This document shows, one piece after another, positions 49,936 to 59,669 of a DNA stretch of 64,000 bases. The position numbers and the translations under genes were made by a program. Position 1 is the first letter of the stretch. Each line of letters opens with the position of its first letter. Origin of the DNA: Thermoanaerobaculia bacterium (GTDB taxonomy: Bacteria; Acidobacteriota; Thermoanaerobaculia; UBA5066; Gp7-AA6); contig JBBSGZ010000002.1 in the NCBI GenBank assembly GCA_038253555.1, positions 4,224 through 68,223 of the forward strand, given 5' to 3'. The notes under the pieces were generated by a model, which saw only the letters and a list, made by a program, of their open reading frames with translations, had not been told where the DNA came from and did not search any database.

Positions 49936-51959
49936 TGCGCGGGAAGCCTCTCGACCTCCACGCGCGCGTCGTTGAAGCAGGCGCCCCCTCCGAGATCGGC
50001 GAGCGTGTCCGGCGTGACGGCGTTCGCGGTCGATCCTCCGAATGTGTTGTGGCTCCAGAGCCCCTTCGGGACGGAGACGACGCCCGGCCGCAACGTGGGC
50101 GCGACGCGCGCGATGCACGAGACCCGGCCCGAGAGGTTCCGCGCGACGACGCGGTCGCCGTCGGAGATCCCTCGCGCCAGGGCGTCGGCCGGATGCATCT
50201 CCATGACGGCGATCTCCCGGCGCAGCTCGCCCAATGTCGTGCTGATCGTCTGGTCGGTGGCAGGCGAGACGAGCGCCAGCGGATACGCCGCCGTCGCCGG
50301 ATCGTCGCGGTATCCATAGAGTCCCGATGGCGCTTCCGCGTCGAGCTCGGCCGGCACCAGGTGCGCGCGCCGGTCGGCGGTGCGGGGAAAGACGTCCACG
50401 AACTGGATCGGAGAGCGGCCGCAGGAGGGGGCCGCCGGGGCGTCCGAGTCGAGCGACGCGCGCCATGCGGGACCCAACGCGTGCCCGGCGAGGATCTCCG
50501 CGGTCAGCGCCCGCGCGTCCGTCGCATCGCCGGGCCGCGCCACCCCCGCGCGGCGGCAGAGCTCGCCGAACACCTCGTGGTTCGGCCGGGACTCCCCGAC
50601 GGGCGGGATGGCGGGAAGCGCCTCCTGAAGAACGTAAGCGCCGTATCCCCGGGACAGCTCGGTGCGCTCGAGAAATGTCGTCGCGGGGAGAACCACGTCG
50701 GCGTACAGGGCCGTGTCGGTCATTACCGGATCGAAGACCACCGTGAAGAGATCTTCCCGCTCGAGACCCCTCCGCACCTTTTCCTGCTCGGGCAGTGTCA
50801 TCAGGGGGTTGCAGTTGTAGACGAAGAGCAGGCGCACGGGACGCTCGGCGTCCAAAAGAGCCTCGCCCGCGCGGTTCATATTGATCTCGCGAGACCCGGA
50901 GGGTTCCGCGTCCGCCGCGCGAAGGGAGTCGAGCTCCCAGACAGCGGAGTTCGAGAGGGTATATCCGCCGCCCCGCACGCCGAATTTTCCCGCAACCGCG
51001 GGCAGCGCGAGGATCGCCGCGGTTGCCGATCCCCCGTTGCGGTTGCGCTCGAGCCCCCATCCGCAGCGGATCGCCGCGGGAGCGGATTCCGCGTACGAGC
51101 GGGCAAATTTCTCGAGGTCCTGTTCGACGAGGCCCGCCACCGCCGCGGCCCGCGAGATCGTCCAGGGCTCGGCGCGCCGGCGCAGCTCCTCCCACCCGGT
51201 CGCGTGCGTCGCCAGGAACTCCAGGTCCGCGGCCCCGTTCTCGAACAGCCAGCGGTGCACCGCGAGCGCCACGGGCAGGTCCGTTCCCGGCTTCAGCGGC
51301 AGATGCAGATCGGCCTCCGTGGCGAGACGCGTTCGCCGCGGATCGAGAACGACCAGCCGACCTCCCGCGCGCCGCGACGCGAGGAGGTACGGCAGCAGGT
51401 GGATCCCGGAGGCGTGGGGGTTCGCCCCCCAGACGACGGCGAGCTTCGCGTGCGCGTAGTCGTCGAGAGCGATGCCCGCCATTTTTCCGTAGAGGCCGAA
51501 AGCGGCGCGTCCGGAAGGCGCCGAGCAGACCGTCCGCGCGAGGCGTGACGCGCCGAGCCGGGAAAAGAGCCTCGCGTCGGTCGTGTCCTGCGAGAGGTAT
51601 CCGTTGGAGCCGCCGTAGGAGAGGGGCAGAATCGCTTCCCCCGCGCCGCTCCCGGCGAGTGCTGCCATCCGGGACGCGACGAGCTCCAGCGCCTCGTCCC
51701 AGCTCGCTCGCCGGAACCGGCCCTCCCCTTTCCCCCCGACGCGGATGCCGGGAAAGCGCACCCTCGCGGGCCCGTGGACGTGCTCGGGGAGCCGGCGGAC
51801 CTTCGCGCAGATGTAGCCCGCGGTGAGCGGATTGACGCGCGTGCCGCCGACGGACGTCGCCATTCCGTTCGCGACCTCCACCTCGAGGCTGCAGGCGTCG
51901 GGACAGTCGAGCGGGCACGCGCTCGCGACCCGGGTCACGGCGGGCCCCGCTGCGCTCAT
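49932..51959 (-). CDS. molybdopterin (Mo-bisPGD) oxidoreductase, cytoplasmic, with N-terminal 4Fe-4S domain (NasA/FdhF-like, Cys not Sec)
   Basis: CPLDCPDAC...C cluster and molybdopterin oxidoreductase core; no Tat motif; no in-frame TGA. ATG at 51959. Confidence 0.8.
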   Translation of the reverse strand: MSAAGPAVTRVASACPLDCPDACSLEVEVANGMATSVGGTRVNPLTAGYICAKVRRLPEHVHGPARVRFPGIRVGGKGEGRFRRASWDEALELVASRMAALAGSGAGEAILPLSYGGSNGYLSQDTTDARLFSRLGASRLARTVCSAPSGRAAFGLYGKMAGIALDDYAHAKLAVVWGANPHASGIHLLPYLLASRRAGGRLVVLDPRRTRLATEADLHLPLKPGTDLPVALAVHRWLFENGAADLEFLATHATGWEELRRRAEPWTISRAAAVAGLVEQDLEKFARSYAESAPAAIRCGWGLERNRNGGSATAAILALPAVAGKFGVRGGGYTLSNSAVWELDSLRAADAEPSGSREINMNRAGEALLDAERPVRLLFVYNCNPLMTLPEQEKVRRGLEREDLFTVVFDPVMTDTALYADVVLPATTFLERTELSRGYGAYVLQEALPAIPPVGESRPNHEVFGELCRRAGVARPGDATDARALTAEILAGHALGPAWRASLDSDAPAAPSCGRSPIQFVDVFPRTADRRAHLVPAELDAEAPSGLYGYRDDPATAAYPLALVSPATDQTISTTLGELRREIAVMEMHPADALARGISDGDRVVARNLSGRVSCIARVAPTLRPGVVSVPKGLWSHNTFGGSTANAVTPDTLADLGGGACFNDARVEVERLPAQ

Positions 51960-52290
51960 GGCTACCACGAGAGGATTGTACCGACAGTTTCGACGGCGAT
52001 CGGGTGATACCCCGAGCTCGCGCGCTGATAGATCGACAGCGCTCGCGCAAACCACGGCCGCGAACACTGGCAGGAGCCCTCCGGTTCCCAACCGACCGCG
52101 CGAAAATGCTCGGCAGCACCGCCGAAGGAGTCGACTGGTCTGCATGGCCCCGCCCCGGCCGTGTTCTGAACACATCCTTCCTCTTTCGCGGTGCCCGGCG
52201 CTGTTCACGGTGCGTTCACCCCCGTCCCCCTAGACTCCTCCCTGCTGAACGGCCGGCGCCTTTTGCGCCGCGCTCGAAAGGAGAATCGAA

Positions 52291-52578
52291 ATGAACAAGA
52301 ACATCGCCCGTATCCTCGCCCTCGGCGTCGCGGTGGCGCTCCCGACCGGCCTCTTCGCCCAGACGGCCGCCACGAAGCCCGCCGACAAGCCGATGGCAGC
52401 CCCGACGGCGACGACCTCCTCCACGATGTCGTCCGAGACGAAGTCCACCGACTCCAAGATGGGGGCGGACGGCTCCAGGATGAAGACCACCAAAAAGACC
52501 CACAAGAAGTCCAACCGGAAGGGCAGCAAGTCGAAGACCTCCGTGACGACCGAAGTCACCAAGGCTCCCGTCAAGTAA
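52291..52578 (+). CDS. small secreted Ser/Thr/Lys-rich protein (paralog 1)
   Basis: SD aaaggagaa; signal peptide MNKNIARILALGVAVALPTGLFAQT; about 70-aa low-complexity basic mature part. Confidence 0.6.
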   Translation: MNKNIARILALGVAVALPTGLFAQTAATKPADKPMAAPTATTSSTMSSETKSTDSKMGADGSRMKTTKKTHKKSNRKGSKSKTSVTTEVTKAPVK

Positions 52579-52599
52579 GACACCCGCTTTGCGGATCCA

Positions 52600-52628
52600 G
52601 GCGTGCCGGCAACGGCACGCCTTTTTTT
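52600..52628 (+). terminator. rho-independent terminator
   Basis: ggcgtgccg-gcaa-cggcacgcc followed by ttttttt. Confidence 0.75.
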
Positions 52629-52768
52629 GCTCCGCCGCACGCGCGCTTCGATCGGCCCCGCGGAACCGGAGGAAGCCGCTCTGCCGTTCACACTCCGTTC
52701 ATCCCCCCGCTCGTAAAGTGCGCGCCATCCCCGCTGCGTTTTGCCACGGGGTTTGAAGGAGGCGTCCA

Positions 52769-53056
52769 ATGAAGAAGTCCGTCCTGTCTTCCGCCGCCAT
52801 TGCCGCGGCGCTGGCCTTCCCGATAGGAGTCTTCGCTCAGACTTCCTCGACGGGCACCCAGACCACCAGCACGACCGGCATGTCGAGCAGCCAGTCTTCC
52901 CCGAGCACGACGACCGGCACCACGACCACCACCCAGACCCAGTCGACGATGTCCGGCAAGAAGATGACGGCGAAGAAGAAGCACACCACGAAGAAGCACA
53001 AGAAGACCGTCACCACCACCGGTGCGGCCGCAGCGACGACGCCGTCCAACAGGTAA
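52769..53056 (+). CDS. small secreted Ser/Thr/Lys-rich protein (paralog 2)
   Basis: SD gaaggagg; signal peptide MKKSVLSSAAIAAALAFPIGVFAQT; T/S/K-rich mature part; same architecture as 52291-52578. Confidence 0.6.
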   Translation: MKKSVLSSAAIAAALAFPIGVFAQTSSTGTQTTSTTGMSSSQSSPSTTTGTTTTTQTQSTMSGKKMTAKKKHTTKKHKKTVTTTGAAAATTPSNR

Positions 53057-53078
53057 CGCCGTCCCGGAGACGGAGCGA

Positions 53079-53110
53079 GGCCGGCGCGAAATCGCCGGCC
53101 TTTTTCTTTT
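53079..53110 (+). terminator. rho-independent terminator
   Basis: ggccggcg-cgaaat-cgccggcc followed by tttttctttt. Confidence 0.75.
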
Positions 53111-53284
53111 GGACGTAAATGGCTCCGTGGCGGAACGTCATCCCGCGGTCCGGCGTAAAAGTTCGAAGTGTCGATCCGGTAGAGTGCGGCAGAATCGCGC
53201 GACGGGATTTCTGGCGCGACCGCGTTCGGTGGCAGGCGCTCTCCGAACACGACCAGGACCCGCCTTCCCTGCGTTAAGCTTCCG

Positions 53285-56200
53285 GTGTTGACATTCCCGG
53301 TCCCCTTTCACCCCGCCGTCGAGGCCTGGTTCTCCGCTCGACTCGGCGACCCGACTCCCCCGCAACGCGACGGGTGGCCCGCGATCCGCTCCGGCGCGCA
53401 CACGCTCATCGCGGCTCCCACCGGTTCGGGCAAGACGCTGGCCGCCTTCCTTTCCGCGATCGACTCACTGGTCCGGCAGGGAGCTTCTCTTCGGGCCGAG
53501 ACCTCCGTCCTGTACGTCTCGCCTCTTCGGGCTCTTTCGAACGACGTCCGCAAGAATCTCGAAGGCCCGCTCGCGGAAATCCGCGCCGCCGATCCGTCGG
53601 TCCCGGAGATCCGCGTTCTGGTCAGGACTGGCGACACACCAGCGTCGGAGCGCGCCGCGATGGCCCGCCGGCCGCCCCACATCCTGGTCACCACCCCCGA
53701 ATCGCTCTACCTGCTCCTGACGAGCGACAGCGGCCGCCGCATGCTCGCGCCGGTCCGGACGGTCATCGTCGACGAGATCCACGCGCTCGTCCGCGACAAG
53801 CGGGGAAGCCACCTGGCGCTCTCTCTCGAGCGCCTGGAAGCCGTCGCGGCGGGACCCGTGCAGCGGATCGGGCTTTCCGCCACCCAGAAGCCGCTCGAGC
53901 GTGTCGGGCGGTTCCTCGCGGGCGCCGGCCGCGAGTGCACCCTGGTCGACGCGGGGACGTTCCGGACGCTGGACCTGGCGATCGAGATTCCTCCGTCCCC
54001 TCTCTCGACCGTCTGCTCGCACGAGCAGTGGGAGGAGATCTACGAGCGGATCGCCGCGCTGGTTCGGGAGCATCGGACGACGCTCGTCTTCGTCAACACA
54101 CGCAAGATGGCGGAGCGCATCGCGGGACAGCTGACGCGCCTTCTGGGGGAAGACGCCGTGACGAGCCACCACGGAAGCCTGTCGCGCGAACGCCGGATCG
54201 ACGCGGAGGAGAGGCTGAAGGCCGGCCGGTTGCGGGCGCTGGTGGCCACAGCGTCGCTGGAGCTCGGAATCGACATCGGGGATGTCGACCTCGCCATCCA
54301 GGTGGGAGCGACGCGCTCGATCGCGACGCTCCTCCAGCGCGTCGGCCGCGCGGGACATGCGATGCGCAAAGTGCCGAAGGGCCGGCTCTTCCCTCTCACC
54401 CTGGATGAGCTCGCCGAAGGCGCGGCGCTCCTGCAATGCATCCGCTCGTCGATCCTGGACCGCACGCCCGAGCCCTCGCGTCCTCTGGACATCCTGGCGC
54501 AGCAGATCGTGGCGGCGTGCGTCGCGGAGCCGTGGGACGAGAGTGCGCTTTACGAGCTCGTCTGCCGGGCGTGGCCGTACCGGGACCTGACGCGCGCCGA
54601 GTTCGACGACGTCGTTTCGCTCCATACAGGGGGCCGCCGGGCGCTCCTCCACAGAGACGGAGTGGGCAGCCGGGTCCTCGCCACTCGCCGGGCGCGCCTC
54701 GCCGCGCTCCTGTCCGGCGGCGCGATCCCCGACACGGCGGACTACCAGGTGCGCCTCGAGCCGGAGGGGACGCTCGTGGGAACCGTCAACGAAGACTGGG
54801 CCATCGAGTCCAGCGGCGGGGACGTCTTTCAGCTGGGCAACGCCTCGTGGCGGATCCTGCGCGTCGAGACCGGTGTCGTTCGCGTGGCCGACGCGAAGGG
54901 GCAGCCGCCGAGCCTTCCCTTCTGGCTCGGCGAAGGGCCGGGGCGCACGCGGGAGCTGGCCCGCGCCATCGGCGATCTCCGTGAGGCCTGCGCCGGCGGG
55001 GGCGAGGCCGCCGCGGGGGCCCTGCGCGAGGCGTGCGGGGATGCGCTGATCGACGGCGCGGGCCTGCAGCTCGTGGAATACGTCGAGGCGGGCCGGGCCA
55101 CGCTCGGCGCCGTGCCGACTCAAAGCCGGGTCATCCTGGAACGTTTCTTCGACGAGAGCGGCGGCATGCAGCTCGTCGTGCACGCCCCGTTCGGTTCCCG
55201 CATCAATCGCGCGTGGGGCCTCGCGCTCCGGAAGAAGTTCTGCGTGGGATTCGGGTTCGAGCTGCAGGCCGCGGCCAACGAGGAGGCGATCGTCCTTTCG
55301 CTCGGCCCGCAGCACAGCTTTCCGCTCGAAGAGGTCTTCGATTACCTGCATCCCGACACCGCGCGGGAGGTGCTGATCCGGGCGCTCCTTCCCGCGCCGA
55401 TGTTCGAGACGCGTTGGCGCTGGAACGCGCAACGCTCCCTCCTCCTTGAACGCGCGCGAGGCGGCAAACGCGTTCCGCCGAACCTCCTCCGCATGCGCGC
55501 GAACGACCTGCTCGCCGGCGCTTTCCCGCAGGTGCTCGCGTGCCCGGAGACGCTCTCCGGCGGGCCGATCTCCGTGCCGCTCGAGCACCCGATCGTGCGG
55601 CAGACCGTCGAGGACTGCTTAAACGAGCCGATGGACGTCGAAGGGTTCTTAGAAGTGCTCCGCGGACTAAAAGACGGGTCCATCCAGAAACTCGCGGTCG
55701 ACTCCGTCGAGCCGTCGGCATTCGCCCGCGGGATTCTTTCCTCGCAGCCTTACAGTTTCTTGGACGACGCGCCCCTCGAGGAGCGGCGGACGCAGGCGGT
55801 CTTGTCCCGGCGCGTTCTCGACCCGCGCACCTCGGACGAAATCGGAATGCTCGATCCGGACGCGATCGCGCGCGTCCGCGAGGAGGCCTGGCCCTCCCCG
55901 GAAAACGCCGAGGAGGTGCACGAAGCGCTTCTCTGGATGGGGTATGTCGACGTCGAGGAAGCGGAGCCGTGGCAGCCGTGGCTCGACGAGCTTGGCTCCG
56001 CGCGCCGCATCGTGCGGGACGGCTCCCGTTACTTTGCCGTCGAAGCCGACCGCGACCCGAAGGCGGTCCTCCGCGGCCGCCTCGAAGCGCTCGGGCCGGT
56101 CTTTGCGACGCCCGAGGAGGGGCCTCTGCTGCGGGAGCTCGAAGTGGAAGGGTCTGTCCTTCGAACCCGCATCGACGGGCGACCCGCGTGGTGTGACCGG

Positions 56201-57217
56201 CGGCTCTTAGCGCGCATTCATCGCGCGACCGTCGACCGGCTGCGGCGCGAGATCGAGCCCGTTTCCGCTGCCCATTTTCTCCGTTTTCTCGCCTGCTGGC
56301 AGCACGTCGACCCCGCCCACCTTCTCGAAGGGCCGCGCGGCGCGGCGCAGGTGATCGGGCAACTGGCGGGCTACGAGGCCCCCGCGGCGGCATGGGAAGC
56401 GCAGCTTCTTCCGGCGCGCGTGCGCGGTTACCGGCGCGATTGGCTGGACCAGCTGACGCTCTCCGGAGAAGTCGTATGGGGCCGGCTGTGGGGAGCGGGC
56501 ACGGGTCCGATCCGCCGGACGCCCGTCTGTCTCGTTTTGCGCTCGGACGTGGACGCCTGGACCTCCCTCGGCGCGGCGACAGGGTCACCGCAGGCGTCCC
56601 ACGAAGCGGCGACGCTCCGCGATGCCCTGGCGCGCCGGGGAGCGATGTTCTTCCCGGAGCTCGCGCGCGAGGCGGGGCTCACCCCCTCTCTCGCCGAGGA
56701 GGGCCTCGGCCGGCTGATCGCGCTCGGACAGGTGACCTGCGATTCGTTTTCGGGGCTGCGCTGGCTGATCGTTCCGGCGTGGCGCCGGAAGGCCGTCGGG
56801 CTGTCGGCGGGGCGCTGGAGCGCGCTGCGCCCGCCTGGTCCCGGCAGCGAGCCCCGCTTCTCCCCCGCCCAGTCGGAGTTTCTCGCGCGGCGACTGCTCG
56901 CGCGAACCGGCGTGGTGTTTCGCAAGACCCTCGCGCGGGAGAAGCAGCCGATCCCGTGGCGGGACGTAGCGCGCGCGCTGCGCACGCTCGAAGCGCGGGG
57001 CGAGATCCGGGGCGGACGGTTCGTCGCGGGTTTCGACGGCGAGCAGTATGCGCTTCCCGAGGCCATCACGCTCTTAAGGGACGTTCCGCGCCGCGGAGAC
57101 GCGAAAGACTCCCGGCCGATTCTGGTTTCCGCCGCCGATCCGCTCAACTGGAGCGGCATCCTGACTCCCGACGAGCGGGTCTCGCGGCTCGCCAGGCGCC
57201 AGGTCCGGGTCGCGTAA
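53285..57217 (+). CDS. lhr: Lhr-family ATP-dependent DNA helicase (large helicase-related)
   Basis: N-terminal ...FHPAVEAWFSARLGDPTPPQRDGWP; Walker A APTGSGKT; DEIH box (VIVDEIHAL); SAT; long Lhr-core plus C-terminal domain (1310 aa). TTG start. Confidence 0.85.
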   Translation: MLTFPVPFHPAVEAWFSARLGDPTPPQRDGWPAIRSGAHTLIAAPTGSGKTLAAFLSAIDSLVRQGASLRAETSVLYVSPLRALSNDVRKNLEGPLAEIRAADPSVPEIRVLVRTGDTPASERAAMARRPPHILVTTPESLYLLLTSDSGRRMLAPVRTVIVDEIHALVRDKRGSHLALSLERLEAVAAGPVQRIGLSATQKPLERVGRFLAGAGRECTLVDAGTFRTLDLAIEIPPSPLSTVCSHEQWEEIYERIAALVREHRTTLVFVNTRKMAERIAGQLTRLLGEDAVTSHHGSLSRERRIDAEERLKAGRLRALVATASLELGIDIGDVDLAIQVGATRSIATLLQRVGRAGHAMRKVPKGRLFPLTLDELAEGAALLQCIRSSILDRTPEPSRPLDILAQQIVAACVAEPWDESALYELVCRAWPYRDLTRAEFDDVVSLHTGGRRALLHRDGVGSRVLATRRARLAALLSGGAIPDTADYQVRLEPEGTLVGTVNEDWAIESSGGDVFQLGNASWRILRVETGVVRVADAKGQPPSLPFWLGEGPGRTRELARAIGDLREACAGGGEAAAGALREACGDALIDGAGLQLVEYVEAGRATLGAVPTQSRVILERFFDESGGMQLVVHAPFGSRINRAWGLALRKKFCVGFGFELQAAANEEAIVLSLGPQHSFPLEEVFDYLHPDTAREVLIRALLPAPMFETRWRWNAQRSLLLERARGGKRVPPNLLRMRANDLLAGAFPQVLACPETLSGGPISVPLEHPIVRQTVEDCLNEPMDVEGFLEVLRGLKDGSIQKLAVDSVEPSAFARGILSSQPYSFLDDAPLEERRTQAVLSRRVLDPRTSDEIGMLDPDAIARVREEAWPSPENAEEVHEALLWMGYVDVEEAEPWQPWLDELGSARRIVRDGSRYFAVEADRDPKAVLRGRLEALGPVFATPEEGPLLRELEVEGSVLRTRIDGRPAWCDRRLLARIHRATVDRLRREIEPVSAAHFLRFLACWQHVDPAHLLEGPRGAAQVIGQLAGYEAPAAAWEAQLLPARVRGYRRDWLDQLTLSGEVVWGRLWGAGTGPIRRTPVCLVLRSDVDAWTSLGAATGSPQASHEAATLRDALARRGAMFFPELAREAGLTPSLAEEGLGRLIALGQVTCDSFSGLRWLIVPAWRRKAVGLSAGRWSALRPPGPGSEPRFSPAQSEFLARRLLARTGVVFRKTLAREKQPIPWRDVARALRTLEARGEIRGGRFVAGFDGEQYALPEAITLLRDVPRRGDAKDSRPILVSAADPLNWSGILTPDERVSRLARRQVRVA

Positions 57218-57236
57218 GCGAGGCCGGTCCGTCGAC

Positions 57237-59255
57237 CTATTTCGAGAGCGAGGCGAGCACGCGCTCGAGCTCCTGGAACTCGATCGGCTTTCGGAGGTAG
57301 AGGTCGAACCCGGAATCGAGCGCCAGCCGCTGGTCCTCGTCGTGCGCGTAGCCGGAGAGAGCGACGAGGATCGCCGAGCGCGTCCGCGGATCCAGGCGCA
57401 GGGCGGCCGCGACCGCATACCCGTCCATCCCCCCCGGAAGTCCGATGTCGCAGAGCACCACGTCCGGGCGAAATTCTGCCGCGAGCTCGACTCCGGCAAA
57501 TCCGGTGTAAGCGCTCACCACCGGGTGTCCGCTCAAATCGAGCAGCATCCTCAGGCTCTCCGCCATGTCGACGTTGTCTTCGATGATCAGGACCCGCTTG
57601 AGGCGTCCCGGAGTCTCGGGAGACGGACGCTCCCGATCCGGCTCGGGCGGCTCGACGATGGGAATCCGGACGAGGAACTCGGAACCGCGCCCGGGACCCT
57701 CACTCACGGCCGTCATCTGGCCGCCGTGGAGCTCGACGAGGCCGCGCGCCAGGGCCATTCCGAGCCCCAGGCCCCCGCGGCTCCGATCGACGCTCCGGTC
57801 CGACTGACTGAAATAGTCGAACACCCGCGCGAGCGTGTCGGCGTCCATCCCGATGCCGGTATCGCGGATCGCGACCGAGGCGGCGCCGTCTCCGTCGCGA
57901 TCGAGGCGGATGAAGACCCGCCCGCCGCGGTCTGTGAACTTGGCCGCGTTCTGCAGGACGTTACCGACGACCTGCGTCAACCGCGTCGCGTCGGCCACGG
58001 TCTCGACGGCTTCTGAAGGGAGCTCGATCTCGACCGCGACTCCGGTCGTTTCGAACGCCGGCCGATGGTCCTCGACGATCGAATTCACCAGGTCGCGGAG
58101 GTCCACGCGGTCCTTGCGAAGGAGGATCTTGCCGTGCGCGATCCGCGTGACGTCCAGAAGATCGTCGATCAGCCGTGTCATATGACCGACCTGTCGCTCG
58201 ATCATGCTGCGGGCGTGCGTCGTGGCATCGAGATCCGCGGCGGCCAGCTTCTGGAGCTGAGCGGCGTTGCGGATGGGCCCGAGAGCGTTTCGGAGCTCGT
58301 GGCCGAGCATCGCGAGGAACTCGTCCTTGCGGCGGTCGGCGTCGCGAAGCGCCTCCTCGACCCTCTTTCGCTCGGAAATGTCCGTCAGGGTGACGACGCA
58401 GCCGATAGTGCTTCCATCCGCCCGAAGGGGCGCCCCGTGGAGGAGAAGACTCAGTTCGCCCGAGGCGCGTTCGAGGCGCACTTCGAGGCCGCGAATGACC
58501 TCCCCGCGAAGGACGGGGTCGAGCGAAAACCTGAGTCGGGAGGGTGTGTCCCGCCGGAGTCCCGCCGGCGCGGCGGCGGGCTCGATGAAGAGAGCGAGGT
58601 GCCGGTCGAAGTGCTGAAGCATCGGGTTCCCGGCGCAGAGGTCCTGAGCGGCGCGCGATGCGCGGACAATCCTGCCCTCGGCGTCGCAGACCAGGATCGC
58701 GTCCGCCGCCTGCTCCAGGATCGAAAGAGAGAGCGCCTCGGACGCGACCACCGCCTCGAGCTTCTTGTGCTCTGTAAGGTCCGTGAGCATGAGCGAGAAT
58801 CCGGCGATTTCCGTCCCGAAGGAGCCGAGCGTCGCATAGACCGGAATCACGCCGCCTTCGCGTGTTTCGAGGGCTATCTCTCCCTGGCTGCTTCCGTTTT
58901 CCTCTCCGCCGCGCCGCAGCGCATTCCAGAGAAGACGGCTCCCCGGTTGGACGAAGCTTTCGAAGCTTTCCCCGAAGACCCGGTCCGGGGACGTGTTCAG
59001 CATCTCCGCGAAGCGATGGTTGCAATAAAGGACCGCTCCGTCGCTGCTCAACGTGGCGGCGCCCTGTTGCATTCTCTCGACCAGCAGACGGTAGGGCCCG
59101 TCCGCGGCCTCTACGGCGAAGACGCGCTCCTGACCCGCGCCCCGCATCACGAAGGCATCGACCTCGCCATTGCGGATCGCACGGATGGTTTCTTCGGCTT
59201 CTTCCAACCGTTTGATCAGTCCGGAAACGGTCGTTCGCGATTCCCCTCGGCTCAT
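57237..59255 (-). CDS. hybrid sensor histidine kinase (two PAS, HisKA, HATPase, C-terminal REC)
   Basis: H-box EFLAMLGHELRNALGPI; N/G boxes NVLQNAAKF...DTGIGMD...GGLGLGMALARGLVELHGG; receiver VLIIEDNVDMAE...DVVLCDIGLPGGMDG...K. Confidence 0.9.
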   Translation of the reverse strand: MSRGESRTTVSGLIKRLEEAEETIRAIRNGEVDAFVMRGAGQERVFAVEAADGPYRLLVERMQQGAATLSSDGAVLYCNHRFAEMLNTSPDRVFGESFESFVQPGSRLLWNALRRGGEENGSSQGEIALETREGGVIPVYATLGSFGTEIAGFSLMLTDLTEHKKLEAVVASEALSLSILEQAADAILVCDAEGRIVRASRAAQDLCAGNPMLQHFDRHLALFIEPAAAPAGLRRDTPSRLRFSLDPVLRGEVIRGLEVRLERASGELSLLLHGAPLRADGSTIGCVVTLTDISERKRVEEALRDADRRKDEFLAMLGHELRNALGPIRNAAQLQKLAAADLDATTHARSMIERQVGHMTRLIDDLLDVTRIAHGKILLRKDRVDLRDLVNSIVEDHRPAFETTGVAVEIELPSEAVETVADATRLTQVVGNVLQNAAKFTDRGGRVFIRLDRDGDGAASVAIRDTGIGMDADTLARVFDYFSQSDRSVDRSRGGLGLGMALARGLVELHGGQMTAVSEGPGRGSEFLVRIPIVEPPEPDRERPSPETPGRLKRVLIIEDNVDMAESLRMLLDLSGHPVVSAYTGFAGVELAAEFRPDVVLCDIGLPGGMDGYAVAAALRLDPRTRSAILVALSGYAHDEDQRLALDSGFDLYLRKPIEFQELERVLASLSK

Positions 59256-59294
59256 GACTGGTCCTCCAGAAACTCGCCTTTTCTCGAAATCCCT

Positions 59295-59669
59295 CTAACC
59301 CTGAGCTCTCCGGCCCTCTTCCCGATTCGTCGCGGGGCGCACGTCGAGCCCGACGAGAACCCGCTCGGTGCTCGAAAGGTCTCCGATCAGCCGCCGGAGC
59401 GGCGCGGGAACACTTCGAACGAGGGTCGGGATCGCCACGATCTGGTCCCCCCGCGCGAGCTTCGGATTCTTGACGAGATCGATCACCTGGATTCGATATC
59501 GGCCTTCGAGGTGCTCTTCGCAGATCCGGCGCAGGTTGTTCAAGGCCGTGATTGACTTCGGGGTCTGGCCCGCGACGTAAAGGCGCAGATCCCAGAATCG
59601 CCCGCCAGGCGGAACGCCGCCAGCCTTCCCGCGCGGTTTTCGGGCGGGCTTCGGGGCCGTCTTCCTCAT
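59295..59669 (-). CDS. kaiB: circadian clock protein KaiB
   Basis: [58 protein letters not shown] is thioredoxin-like KaiB, with a Lys/Arg-rich N-terminal extension. ATG overlaps the kaiC stop (ATGA). Confidence 0.85.
   Translation of the reverse strand: MRKTAPKPARKPRGKAGGVPPGGRFWDLRLYVAGQTPKSITALNNLRRICEEHLEGRYRIQVIDLVKNPKLARGDQIVAIPTLVRSVPAPLRRLIGDLSSTERVLVGLDVRPATNREEGRRAQG

Noticed and set aside
49932-51959. Selenocysteine-containing formate dehydrogenase.
   Set aside because: The ORF is continuous with no in-frame TGA, and the position aligning with the Sec/Cys ligand region is occupied by ordinary codons. I called it a Cys-type Mo-enzyme of unspecified substrate.
53138-53401. 87-aa minus-strand ORF upstream of lhr.
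   Set aside because: Arg/Gly-rich and overlaps the lhr start region. It is most likely intergenic or antisense noise.
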